Shown in pieces: positions 43,862 through 52,314 of a stretch of DNA of 64,000 nucleotides; position 1 is the first letter of the stretch, and each line of letters starts with the position of its first letter. The stretch is from NCBI GenBank assembly GCA_035526925.1, contig DATLBL010000001.1:11602-75601 (forward strand), in the 5' to 3' direction. Origin of the DNA: Gemmatimonadales bacterium (lineage in GTDB: Bacteria; Gemmatimonadota; Gemmatimonadetes; Gemmatimonadales; GWC2-71-9). The notes under the pieces are model-generated. The model was not told the DNA's origin. It searched no databases and saw only the letters and a program-made list of their open reading frames with translations. A program made the position numbers and the translations under genes.

Positions 43862-44074
43862 ATGCCCAGTTCCCGCCCGCCAGTGACCTCTACAGGGGTC
43901 GCTCGGACCGAGCGACGGTTCCTGCTCACACGTCGCAACCTGATCATTCTCGCAGCCGCGGCGGCCGTTCTCGTCGCGGGATATCTGACGCTGGCCGCGG
44001 GGCATCCGAGCGCCGCCGCAGTGTTGCTCGTCGTCGGATACTGCGTCCTATTCCCGATTGGTATTGCATTGTAG
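43862..44074 (+). CDS. Small (70 aa) two-TM membrane protein, hypothetical
   Basis: NLIILAAAAAVLVAGYLTLAA and AAAVLLVVGYCVLFPIGIAL hydrophobic segments. No other support. Confidence 0.4.
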   Translation: MPSSRPPVTSTGVARTERRFLLTRRNLIILAAAAAVLVAGYLTLAAGHPSAAAVLLVVGYCVLFPIGIAL

Positions 44075-44148
44075 GTGTGTCGGTGGCCACGGCACGGTCC
44101 CTGCGCAGGCGGTACTGTCCGTCGTGTGGCGCGCGAGCCGTGAAGTCA

Positions 44149-44223
44149 GGGCGAATAGCTCAGCCGGTTCAGAGCGCCTGCCTTACACGCAGGATGTCGG
44201 GGGTTCGAATCCCTCTTCGCCCA
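44149..44223 (+). tRNA. tRNA-Val (anticodon TAC)
   Basis: Folded by hand. Acceptor GGGCGAA/TTCGCCC, D-arm GCTC/GAGC, anticodon stem CCTGC/GCAGG with loop CTTACAC, T-arm GGGGG-TTCGAAT-CCCTC, discriminator A. CCA is not encoded. Confidence 0.9.
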
Positions 44224-44229
44224 TTCGCA

Positions 44230-44248
44230 ACCGCGCTCTCGGCGCGGT
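44230..44248 (+). terminator. Stem-loop after tRNA-Val (possible terminator or processing hairpin)
   Basis: ACCGCGC-tctcg-GCGCGGT gives a perfect 7-bp stem, but no T-tract follows. Confidence 0.3.
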
Positions 44249-44291
44249 GGTAGCTGGTCCGTCAGGGCCGATCTTTTAGGGAGGCTATGGA

Positions 44292-46091
44292 ATGTATTTG
44301 TCTCGTCTCGTGACTCTCGCCGTCGCCGGGACCGCGATCCTGTCGCCGCTCGCGGCGCAGGGGATTCCGCGGGGCGCCCGGACCTCGTCGTCTCCGGTGA
44401 GCTCCTCGCCGCGTTTCATGGTGGCCAACCCTTTTGCCTTCGCCTCGGCAGATTCGGCGCCGGCAGTCAAGATCGGCAGTGCCGTACGGGAGCAGATGAA
44501 GGGCGTCGTGGGCCGCGACTACCAGATCATCGAACAGGCCCAGATGAACGACGCGCTGCAGCAGTACGGCTACCCGGTGGATGCGATCCTCAGTCCGGCG
44601 CTCGCCATCACGTTGGCCAAGAACATCCAGGCTCGGTTCCTTGTGAACTCGACCCTGAACAAGGGCGAGGGCGGCCGATACGCGGTTACCGCGCGGCTCA
44701 TCGGCGTCAATGACGATGCGGGCAACGTGGTCACGCTCGTCCAGAACGCCAACGAGACTCCCGAGGCCTTCGGCAAGCGGCTCGCCAGCGCGCTGCAGCC
44801 GGCCGTGAAGTCGCTCGCTGACGCCAAGTCGTGCGTCGACCAACGGGCAGCCAAACCCGACAAGGCGGCCGACGCGGCCAACAAGGCGCTCAAGGCGCTG
44901 CCCAACCACGGACTCGCCGAGTACTGCCTGGCGCTGCTGGCGCAGGACACGAAGGCGCCGCGCACCGAAATCGTGAAGCACCTGCAGGCCTCGACCAAGG
45001 GCGATCCGCTCAGCCTGCCCGTTTGGACGGCGCTTGCGGGGCAGTACCAGCAGGCCAACGACACCGCCAATACGCTGGTCGCGTTCAAGCAGATGCTCCG
45101 TGTCGCGCCGACCAATCAGAAGCTGCGCGAGGAGCTCTTCAAATACTTCCTGCAGTCCGGCCACCCGGAAACGGCGCTGGAAGTGGCGGACGAGGGGCTG
45201 AAGCTCGATCCGTACAATGCCGACCTGTACGACCTGAAGAGCAACGCCTGCCTGTTCCTCAGCGATTTCAAGTGCGCCGTTGACGCTCTGGAGACCTTGT
45301 ACGCGACCGACAGCACCAAGGCCGACACGCTGTTCTTCACCAAGATCTCCGCCGCGGCAGGCGAGGGAGAGAAGCCCGACACCGCGCGGCTGCTCAAGTG
45401 GTCGCAGATCGGCGTGCGGAAGTACCCGGAGAATCCAACTCTGCTCGGGTACCTGAACCGCGCGTACCGGTTCACCGGCCAGGCGGACAGCGTGGTTGCG
45501 GTGACCAACCGGATCATCGCCAAGGACACCACCGCGGTCATTCCGGCGCTCGAGGCGGCGAGTGTGCTGATCGACCCGCCGGCGCCTGGCGGCGCGGCCC
45601 CTCGCGACTCGGCTGCCGCGACTGCCGCGCCGTCCACTCCCGCGGACACTGCGCGGCGCGGCCGGCCGAAGGAAGCGGTCCCGTTTCTCGACTTCGTGAT
45701 CAAGCACGGCGATGCCGCGGCCAAGGAGCAGGCGGCACTGCTGCTTTACAAGGGTGCCGCGCCGTTGCTCCAGCAGCCCCAGGACCTTCAGGGCGCGGCC
45801 GAACTGCTGAGAATGTCCGTCACCGCCGCGAATCCGACGGGCAAGGTGGCACCGGCCAGCAACTATCTCCTCGGCCTGGCGACGCTGTTCCAGGTGCCGC
45901 AGATCGATCCGCAGGCCGAGAAGACGAAATCCTGCGACCTGGCCAAACAGGAAGAAACCCTTTTGGGCGAGGCCGAGACGGCGTTGACGGCCGGGCGGGC
46001 CGCCAACGCGGAGGCGGTCGACAAGAACCTCGGCATCATCAAACAGTACAAGCCGCGAGTGGCGTCTATGCTCAAGGCGTACTGCAAATAG
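44292..46091 (+). CDS. Secreted TPR-like helical-repeat protein
   Basis: Signal-peptide-like MYLSRLVTLAVAGTAILSPLAAQG. AGGGAGG at 44278-44284 lies 7 nt before the ATG. Lys/Ala-rich helical repeats of realistic composition, unlike the antisense ORF. Confidence 0.75.
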   Translation: MYLSRLVTLAVAGTAILSPLAAQGIPRGARTSSSPVSSSPRFMVANPFAFASADSAPAVKIGSAVREQMKGVVGRDYQIIEQAQMNDALQQYGYPVDAILSPALAITLAKNIQARFLVNSTLNKGEGGRYAVTARLIGVNDDAGNVVTLVQNANETPEAFGKRLASALQPAVKSLADAKSCVDQRAAKPDKAADAANKALKALPNHGLAEYCLALLAQDTKAPRTEIVKHLQASTKGDPLSLPVWTALAGQYQQANDTANTLVAFKQMLRVAPTNQKLREELFKYFLQSGHPETALEVADEGLKLDPYNADLYDLKSNACLFLSDFKCAVDALETLYATDSTKADTLFFTKISAAAGEGEKPDTARLLKWSQIGVRKYPENPTLLGYLNRAYRFTGQADSVVAVTNRIIAKDTTAVIPALEAASVLIDPPAPGGAAPRDSAAATAAPSTPADTARRGRPKEAVPFLDFVIKHGDAAAKEQAALLLYKGAAPLLQQPQDLQGAAELLRMSVTAANPTGKVAPASNYLLGLATLFQVPQIDPQAEKTKSCDLAKQEETLLGEAETALTAGRAANAEAVDKNLGIIKQYKPRVASMLKAYCK

Positions 46092-46140
46092 GGGGTTCCA
46101 TGGAACTCGCGGGCGATCTATATTCACCGCGCCGTTCCTA

Positions 46141-46215
46141 GGGGCTGTAGCTCAGCTTGGTTAGAGTGCCGCACTGTCACTGCGGAGGTCGCGGGTTCGA
46201 GCCCCGTCAGCCCCG
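46141..46215 (+). tRNA. tRNA-Asp (anticodon GTC)
   Basis: Folded by hand. Acceptor GGGGCTG/CAGCCCC, anticodon stem CCGCA/TGCGG with loop CTGTCAC, T-loop TTCGAGC, discriminator G. Confidence 0.9.
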
Positions 46216-46234
46216 TTCCCTCTGTTGAACGTGC

Positions 46235-46266
46235 CACCCCGTCCCTGCGGACGGGGTGTTTCGTTT
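46235..46266 (+). terminator. Rho-independent terminator downstream of tRNA-Asp
   Basis: CACCCCGTCC-ctgc-GGACGGGGTG gives a perfect 10-bp GC-rich stem, followed by TTTCGTTT. Confidence 0.7.
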
Positions 46267-46282
46267 CCCCCCGGCGCCGGAC

Positions 46283-47203
46283 ATGACCAACCCGACGACT
46301 CCCCTGCACGTCCCGGTGCTTCTTGCCCCGGTGTTGGACGCCGCCGCCGGCGCCCGCCGCGTGGTGGACGCAACGCTGGGCGACGGTGGTCACGCCGAAG
46401 CGTTGCGCCGCGCGGGGGCGGAAGTCCTGGGGATCGATCGGGATCCGGCAGCGATCGCGCGAAGTCGCGAGCGCCTGGGCGACGAAGGCATGCGATATCT
46501 GCTGGCGGCCTACAGCGAGCCGGTGGCCCTGGACGCGGTCTCCGCCTTCCGGCCAGAGTTCCTGCTGCTCGATCTCGGCGTGTCGTCCCGGCAACTGGAC
46601 GAGACGGAGCGCGGCTTTACTTTCCGTCCACACGCTCCGTTGGACATGCGCATGGCAGAGCAGGGACGCTCAGCCGCCGACTTCCTCAACGAGTCGGACG
46701 AAGGCGAGCTTGCCCGCGTCTTTCACGACTACGGCGATGAGCGTCAGTCGCGGCGGCTCGCCCGCGAAATCGTCCGTCGGCGTGCCCGGCAGGCATTTTC
46801 CTCGAGCGACGACCTGGTCAACGCCATCCGAGCGACGCTGGGCCCGCGCGCCGGGCCGTCGGAGTTCGCCCGGCTGTTCCAGGCCGTCCGGATCGCCGTG
46901 AACGACGAATTGACGGGACTCGAGGCCGCGCTGCCCGAGTTCCGAGACGCGCTGGTTGATGGCGGGCGGCTCGCGGTGATCACGTACCACTCCGGTGAGG
47001 ACCGCCTGGTCAAGCGGGCGTTCCGAGAGTGGGCCAGTGCCTGCATCTGTCCGCCGCGGCAACCGATCTGCACCTGTCGCGGACAGCCACTCGGCCGGCT
47101 CGTCCCTCGGAAGGCAATCGTGCCGGCTCCGGCCGAAGTCGCGGCGAACCCCCGCGCGCGCAGCGCGCACCTCCGGATCTTCCAGGCAGGCGATGCACCT
47201 TAA
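46283..47203 (+). CDS. rsmH: 16S rRNA (cytosine1402-N4)-methyltransferase
   Basis: HVPVLLAPVL, DATLGDGGHAEAL, LLDLGVSSRQLD, SGEDRLVK. First gene of the dcw cluster. Start at ATG 46283, because the track start at 46256 lies inside the terminator stem. Confidence 0.93.
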   Translation: MTNPTTPLHVPVLLAPVLDAAAGARRVVDATLGDGGHAEALRRAGAEVLGIDRDPAAIARSRERLGDEGMRYLLAAYSEPVALDAVSAFRPEFLLLDLGVSSRQLDETERGFTFRPHAPLDMRMAEQGRSAADFLNESDEGELARVFHDYGDERQSRRLAREIVRRRARQAFSSSDDLVNAIRATLGPRAGPSEFARLFQAVRIAVNDELTGLEAALPEFRDALVDGGRLAVITYHSGEDRLVKRAFREWASACICPPRQPICTCRGQPLGRLVPRKAIVPAPAEVAANPRARSAHLRIFQAGDAP

Positions 47204-47492
47204 AGGAAGACACTGGCTGATGCTCTGGCTCCTCCTGTTCCTCTGCGTGCTGATCGCGATCACCACGCGGCAGACCGCCGGGTTCCGCACGGCGCGCCAG
47301 CTGCGCGACCTTCACGAGGAGCGCTTGGCGCTCGAGGCCCGCCGCGCCGATCTCGAGCGCCGGGTGCGGGTCGCGTCGAGTCGCCAGGTCCTCGTACCGA
47401 TCGTGCAGCGCGCTCTCGGGCTGCATGAGCCGGCGGATTCCGAGTTCGTGCTCTTCGTGCTGCCGTCCGCCGACGGCACAGTTCGGCGCTGA
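47193..47492 (+). CDS. ftsL: FtsL-like small bitopic division protein
   Basis: 99 aa with a single TM (WLMLWLLLFLCVLIAI) followed by a coiled-coil-like RQLRDLHEERLALEARRADLERRV. Position between rsmH and ftsI. Confidence 0.65.
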   Translation: MHLKGRHWLMLWLLLFLCVLIAITTRQTAGFRTARQLRDLHEERLALEARRADLERRVRVASSRQVLVPIVQRALGLHEPADSEFVLFVLPSADGTVRR

Positions 47493-49456
47493 TGGCCAAA
47501 CCTGCCGCGCGGATCGCTGCGATCCAGTTCGGGTTTGCCCTGGGCGTCCTGGCCATCCTCACCAGAGCGGCCCAGCTGCAGATCGTCGAGGCGGAGCACT
47601 GGCAGCGGGAAGCGGCCAGCCAGCGGACGGTGACGGAAATCCTGCCCGCGCGGCGTGGTGCGCTGTACGATCGGAATGGCATCCCGCTCGCCATCACGCA
47701 GGAGTTCTATCACGTCGGCATCGCGCCGAACGAGCTGCAGGACGTGCGCGGAGCGTTCGTGCTCCTGGTCCGGAGCCTCGGTGTCTCCGCCCCGGCGCTC
47801 AACCGGGAATTCCAGGCGCGCAAACGCTGGATCTACCTGCACGGACCGTTCAACGCCACTCAGGTCCAGCCGCTTCGCCGGGTGCCCGGCATCCACCTGG
47901 AGGGGGAATACCAGCGGTTCTATCCCTCCCGCGATCTGGTGCGTCCGATCGTGGGCGGATTATCGGCCCAGAAATCGACCGGCGCCGGCGGGCTCGAGGC
48001 CTCGTTGGATTCGCTGCTGACGGGCCGGCCGGGAGAGGCCGTGCTGTTGAAGGATCTGGCGGGGCGTCGGTATGAATCGCCGGGGCGGCGGACCCGGGAT
48101 CCGGTTCCCGGCAACGACGTGACGCTCACGATCGACGCCGAGCTGCAGGAGATCGCCGAGCGCGGCTTGGACGATGCGATCGCGCAGATGCGGGCCGAAG
48201 GCGGCGATGTCGTATTCCTCGACCCCAACTCCGGCGAGCTGCTCGCCCTGGCGTCCCGGCAGGCTGCCGGTGGCGGGGCGCCCAGCGCGTCGACGTTCAC
48301 CGATCCCTTCGAACCCGGCTCTACCGCCAAGCTGTTCACGGCCGCGGCGCTGCTCATGCGGAGGCGCGTGAAGCCCACGGAAACCGTCTCGGGCGAGAAC
48401 GGCCAATGGGACATGCCGACGACGTCCGCCGGTCGGGTGCGCCGCATAACGGACGCGCACGTCGTCCGCGGTCAGTTGACGCTGGCGCGGGCCATCCAGG
48501 TCTCGAGCAACATCGCGATGGCCAAGTTCTCGTCGCGGCTCCGTCCCGAGGAGCAGTTCGAGACGCTCCGCGATTTCGGCTTCGGCACCCCGACGAGTGC
48601 CGAGTTTCCCGGCGAGTCCCGCGGCATCCTCGCCTTCCCGCATCGCTGGCAGCCGATGTATACCCGGGCGAGCATGGCGATGGGCTACGAATTCGCGGTG
48701 ACGCCGGTGCAGCTCGCCGCCGCGTACGCGGCCATCGCCAATGACGGCGTGCTGCTCGCCCCGACGCTCGTCCGCGAGGTTCGAGATCCCGGAGGGAACG
48801 TGCTGTATCGGCATCGGCCCGAGCCGGTGCGGCGCGTGGTGACGTCCGAGGTCGCCGCGCAACTCCGCGAATTCCTCCGGGAGGCTTCGGGCGAGGGGGG
48901 CACGGGCGAATTGGCGCAGCTCGCCAACTATTCCGTGCTCGGGAAGACGGGCACCGCCATTCGCTTCGTCGACGGCCGCTACGTGCGCGGGCAGTACACC
49001 GCTTCGTTCGCCGCCATCTTTCCCGCCGATCATCCGCAACTGGTGGTGATCGTCAAGATCGACAATCCGAGCGGCAACTATTACGGCGGCCTCACGGCAG
49101 CCCCCGTCACCCGAACGATGCTCCAGCAGGCTTTGGCGTCCCGGCGAGTCGCGATCGACCGGGGTCGGCTTGCGGCGCCGGACACCGTGGCCGCGGCCGC
49201 GAAGGCGACGCTGGCCGTGGCGCCCGTCGGTCTCGCGCCTGTCGTCGTGTCGCTGCCGTTCCGAAGGACGGAACAAGACTCGGCGTCGAGGCCGGTGCCG
49301 GACGTGGTGGGGCGCTCGATTCGCGAAGCCGCCCTGGCATTGCATCGGCGCGGCTTCCGCGTAAACCTCCGCGGACTCGGGCGCGTCGTGCGGACGATGC
49401 CCGCCGGCGGCGAAACCGAGCGGCCAGGGACCTCTGTCATGGTGCTGACGGAATGA
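47492..49456 (+). CDS. ftsI: Peptidoglycan D,D-transpeptidase FtsI (class B PBP) with a C-terminal PASTA domain
   Basis: PBP dimerisation region. SxxK context EPGSTAKLFT, SSN, KTGTA. C-terminal VPDVVGRSIREAALALHRRGFRVNLRGLGRVVRTMPAGGETERPGTSVMVL (49295-49453). Confidence 0.93.
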   Translation: MAKPAARIAAIQFGFALGVLAILTRAAQLQIVEAEHWQREAASQRTVTEILPARRGALYDRNGIPLAITQEFYHVGIAPNELQDVRGAFVLLVRSLGVSAPALNREFQARKRWIYLHGPFNATQVQPLRRVPGIHLEGEYQRFYPSRDLVRPIVGGLSAQKSTGAGGLEASLDSLLTGRPGEAVLLKDLAGRRYESPGRRTRDPVPGNDVTLTIDAELQEIAERGLDDAIAQMRAEGGDVVFLDPNSGELLALASRQAAGGGAPSASTFTDPFEPGSTAKLFTAAALLMRRRVKPTETVSGENGQWDMPTTSAGRVRRITDAHVVRGQLTLARAIQVSSNIAMAKFSSRLRPEEQFETLRDFGFGTPTSAEFPGESRGILAFPHRWQPMYTRASMAMGYEFAVTPVQLAAAYAAIANDGVLLAPTLVREVRDPGGNVLYRHRPEPVRRVVTSEVAAQLREFLREASGEGGTGELAQLANYSVLGKTGTAIRFVDGRYVRGQYTASFAAIFPADHPQLVVIVKIDNPSGNYYGGLTAAPVTRTMLQQALASRRVAIDRGRLAAPDTVAAAAKATLAVAPVGLAPVVVSLPFRRTEQDSASRPVPDVVGRSIREAALALHRRGFRVNLRGLGRVVRTMPAGGETERPGTSVMVLTE

Positions 49457-49501
49457 GCCGGGCGCGCGGTTGGACCCGCAAATACTTCAGGAGCTGACGA
49501 G

Positions 49502-50962
49502 ATGCCTCTCGCCTGGCGCGACCTGCTGGACGAACTCCGTCGCGGCGACCTGCTGGTCTCGGCTCCCGGAGACGGGCCGACGCCAACCGGCCTCGGCATG
49601 GACAGCCGAACGGTTGGACACGGCACACTGTACGTGGCGGTCCGGGGCTCCCAGCTCGATGGTCATCGGTTTGCCGCTGACGCGGTGCGGCGCGGTGCGG
49701 TGGGCATCGTGGTCGAAGCACCGCAACAGTCGGGCGTTCCGGAGATAGTCGTGCGCGACGGACGCCGCGCCGCGCTGGCGCTCGGCCAGGCTTGGTTCGG
49801 GCACCCCGGTCGGCGGCTTACCATGCTGGGCGTAACCGGGACCAACGGCAAGACCACCACGACAGGACTGATGCGTCATCTGTTCAACGCGGCGAACTCG
49901 GCCGGCAGCATCGGAACTCTGGGCGCGTTCGATGGCCGCGGGGATCCGGTGCAGTCGACCGCCGGCACCCTTACCACGCCGGGGCCCATCGACCTTCAGG
50001 CCACGCTCGCGGAGCTGGTCGCCCGGGGCACGACGGTGGTGGCGATGGAGGCCTCCTCTCACAGCCTCGATCAGGGCCGGCTCGACGGTCTCGCCTTCCG
50101 TGCCGGCGTATTCACCAATCTCACCCGCGACCATCTCGACTATCACGGAACGATGGAAGCCTATCTCGCAGCCAAGCTCACGCTGAGCCGGCTGCTCGGC
50201 TTCAGCGGAATCGAGGTGGTGAACCTGGATGACGAAGCCTGGCGGAGCATGCCGGCGCGCTCGCCGCGCGTCACCTTCGGTCTGGAGCCGGCGGCCGACC
50301 TCCGCGCCACCGGCGTGACCCTCGACGCGTCCGGAAGCCGGTTCAAGCTCGAAGGGTGCTTCGGATCCACGGAAGCCTCGCTGCCGCTGCTGGGCGACTT
50401 CAACGTCAGCAATGCGCTGGCTGCTGCGGCCACGGCCCTGGCCCTCGGCCATCCGCTGCCGGATGTCGCGCGCCGCTTGGCGGCCTCACCGCAGGTGCCC
50501 GGCCGGATGGAGCGGATCGCCGACACGCCGTGCATCGTGCTCCGGGACTACGCGCACACGCCGGACGCGCTGGCGCGCGCGCTGTCCACGCTGCGGCCCC
50601 TCACCTCCGGCCGCGTCATCGTGGTATTCGGCTGCGGAGGCGACCGCGACCGCGGAAAGCGCCCGCTCATGGGCCGCATCGCCGCCGAGGGCGCCGATCT
50701 GGCCATCGCGACCTCGGACAACCCACGGACGGAAGATCCGGACGCGATCATCGACGACATCGAGCAGGGCATGGGCGGCGTGCCACACCGCCGCATCGTC
50801 GACCGGCTCGCCGCCATTCACGCCGGTCTCGAGGAAGCGCGCACCGGCGACACCCTGCTGCTCGCCGGCAAGGGACACGAGACGTATCAGGTGCTCGGCA
50901 CCGAGAAGGTACCGTTCGACGAGCGCGAGATCGTCCGCGCGGCCATCGGCGGCCGCCCGTGA
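49502..50962 (+). CDS. murE: UDP-N-acetylmuramoyl-L-alanyl-D-glutamate--2,6-diaminopimelate ligase
   Basis: GVTGTNGKTTTT, FTNLTRDHLDYHG, and the DNPR motif (TSDNPRTEDP), which indicates meso-DAP specificity. AGGAG lies 8 nt upstream. Confidence 0.95.
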   Translation: MPLAWRDLLDELRRGDLLVSAPGDGPTPTGLGMDSRTVGHGTLYVAVRGSQLDGHRFAADAVRRGAVGIVVEAPQQSGVPEIVVRDGRRAALALGQAWFGHPGRRLTMLGVTGTNGKTTTTGLMRHLFNAANSAGSIGTLGAFDGRGDPVQSTAGTLTTPGPIDLQATLAELVARGTTVVAMEASSHSLDQGRLDGLAFRAGVFTNLTRDHLDYHGTMEAYLAAKLTLSRLLGFSGIEVVNLDDEAWRSMPARSPRVTFGLEPAADLRATGVTLDASGSRFKLEGCFGSTEASLPLLGDFNVSNALAAAATALALGHPLPDVARRLAASPQVPGRMERIADTPCIVLRDYAHTPDALARALSTLRPLTSGRVIVVFGCGGDRDRGKRPLMGRIAAEGADLAIATSDNPRTEDPDAIIDDIEQGMGGVPHRRIVDRLAAIHAGLEEARTGDTLLLAGKGHETYQVLGTEKVPFDEREIVRAAIGGRP

Positions 50963-52308
50963 GGTGGACCGCCGCCCGCGTTCGGACCGCGCTCGACCTC
51001 GAGCCAACGGGTCCGGACGCCACGTTCACCCGCGTCCTCACCGATACGCGCGCGGTCGAACCCGGCGCGCTCTTCGTGGCTCTCGAGGGTGAGCGCTTCG
51101 ATGGGCACGACTACCTGATACAGGCCGCGGCCGCGGGTGCGTCCGGGGCTGTGGTTCGACCCGGCACGCAATTGCCGGAGGGACTCGTCGGATTCGAGGT
51201 AGCCGACACGCTGCGCGCGCTGGGCTGGCTGGCCCGCGCCCGACGGCGGGAGCTCGCCGGGCCGGTCATCGCGATCACGGGCACCAACGGCAAGACGAGC
51301 ACCAAGGAAATGCTCGCCGCGGTGCTGAGCACGCGGTACCGGGTGCACGCCACGCGCGCGAACCTCAACAATCTCGTCGGCGTTCCCACCACCATTCTGG
51401 AAGCGCCGGAGCACACCGACGCGCTAGTGGTCGAGGCCGGCGCGAACCTGCCCGGCGAGATCGCACGCTACCGCGCGATCATCGAGCCGTCTCTCGCGAT
51501 CGTCACCAACGCGGTGGCCGGCCACCTCGAGGGCTTCGGCTCGCTGCAGGGCGTGGTCGAGGAGAAGCTGTCGCTGGTCGATGACGTGCCCGTCGCCGTG
51601 GTCGGCACCGAGCCGGCGTCTCTGGCCGGAGGCGCGCGCCGGCGCGCCCGCCTGGTCAGAACGGCCGGCCTTCGGGGAGCGGACCTGGTCCCCGACCGGA
51701 TGGAGCTGGATCCCGACGCTCGTCCGATCCTCACCTTCGGGCCGGTCACGTTCACGCTGGCCGCGCGCGGCGCGCATCAGGCGGACAACGCGACCCGCGT
51801 CTGGGCGGTCGTGGAGGCGCTCGACCTCGACCGTGCGGCCGCGGCGCGAGCGCTCGAGCGATTCACCATTCCCGGCGGCCGCGGCGAACTGATCGAGACG
51901 GCTGGGCTCACGATTCTCAACGACTGCTACAACGCGAACCCGCAGAGTTTCCGAGCGGTGATCGCCACGGCGCGAGCGCTGCGGGGTGCCCGACCGCTCG
52001 TCTTCATCGCGGGCACCATGCGTGAGCTGGGGCACGATGCGGCGGCGCTGCACGCCGAGGTCGCCGCAGCGCTCGTCGAGCTCGCTCCCGATCTGCTCGC
52101 CGTCGTGGGCGACTTCGTCCCGGCCCTCGCGCCCCACGCGACACGGCTTGGGGATCGACTGGTGACCGCACCCGATCCCGTGGCCCTCGGACCGCTCGTG
52201 GCGGCGCGGCTGCATGGGGGCGAAGTGGTGGTGCTCAAGGCATCCCGCGGGGTGGCCCTCGAACGTATACTTCCGGCGCTCACGGACCGCGCGACCCCCC
52301 GACGCTGA
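50959..52308 (+). CDS. murF: UDP-N-acetylmuramoyl-tripeptide--D-alanyl-D-alanine ligase
   Basis: DTRAVEPGALFVALEGERFDGHDY, ITGTNGKTSTKEM. GTGA overlap with the murE stop. The track start at 50356 is an out-of-frame overlap. Confidence 0.92.
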   Translation: MRWTAARVRTALDLEPTGPDATFTRVLTDTRAVEPGALFVALEGERFDGHDYLIQAAAAGASGAVVRPGTQLPEGLVGFEVADTLRALGWLARARRRELAGPVIAITGTNGKTSTKEMLAAVLSTRYRVHATRANLNNLVGVPTTILEAPEHTDALVVEAGANLPGEIARYRAIIEPSLAIVTNAVAGHLEGFGSLQGVVEEKLSLVDDVPVAVVGTEPASLAGGARRRARLVRTAGLRGADLVPDRMELDPDARPILTFGPVTFTLAARGAHQADNATRVWAVVEALDLDRAAAARALERFTIPGGRGELIETAGLTILNDCYNANPQSFRAVIATARALRGARPLVFIAGTMRELGHDAAALHAEVAAALVELAPDLLAVVGDFVPALAPHATRLGDRLVTAPDPVALGPLVAARLHGGEVVVLKASRGVALERILPALTDRATPRR

Positions 52309-52314
52309 GGCTCG

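Noticed and set aside
43546-44253. 235-aa + ORF spanning the small membrane ORF and tRNA-Val
   Set aside because: It runs through a tRNA gene, has Arg/Ser-rich composition, and competes with better-supported features.
46256-46282. Track start of rsmH at GTG 46256
   Set aside because: That codon is part of the 3' arm of the tRNA-Asp terminator stem. RsmH homology (HVPVLL) is served by ATG 46283.
5800-49345. Other long minus-strand ORFs (5800-7770, 8159-10669, 10831-12267, 13046-14413, 20780-21994, 22547-23998, 31689-32873, 36965-38812, 44262-46127, 47960-49345 and, beyond this span, 61463-62725)
   Set aside because: Each is fully shadowed by a recognisable + strand gene. None has a signal sequence, motif or SD context. 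I treat them as GC-driven artefacts.
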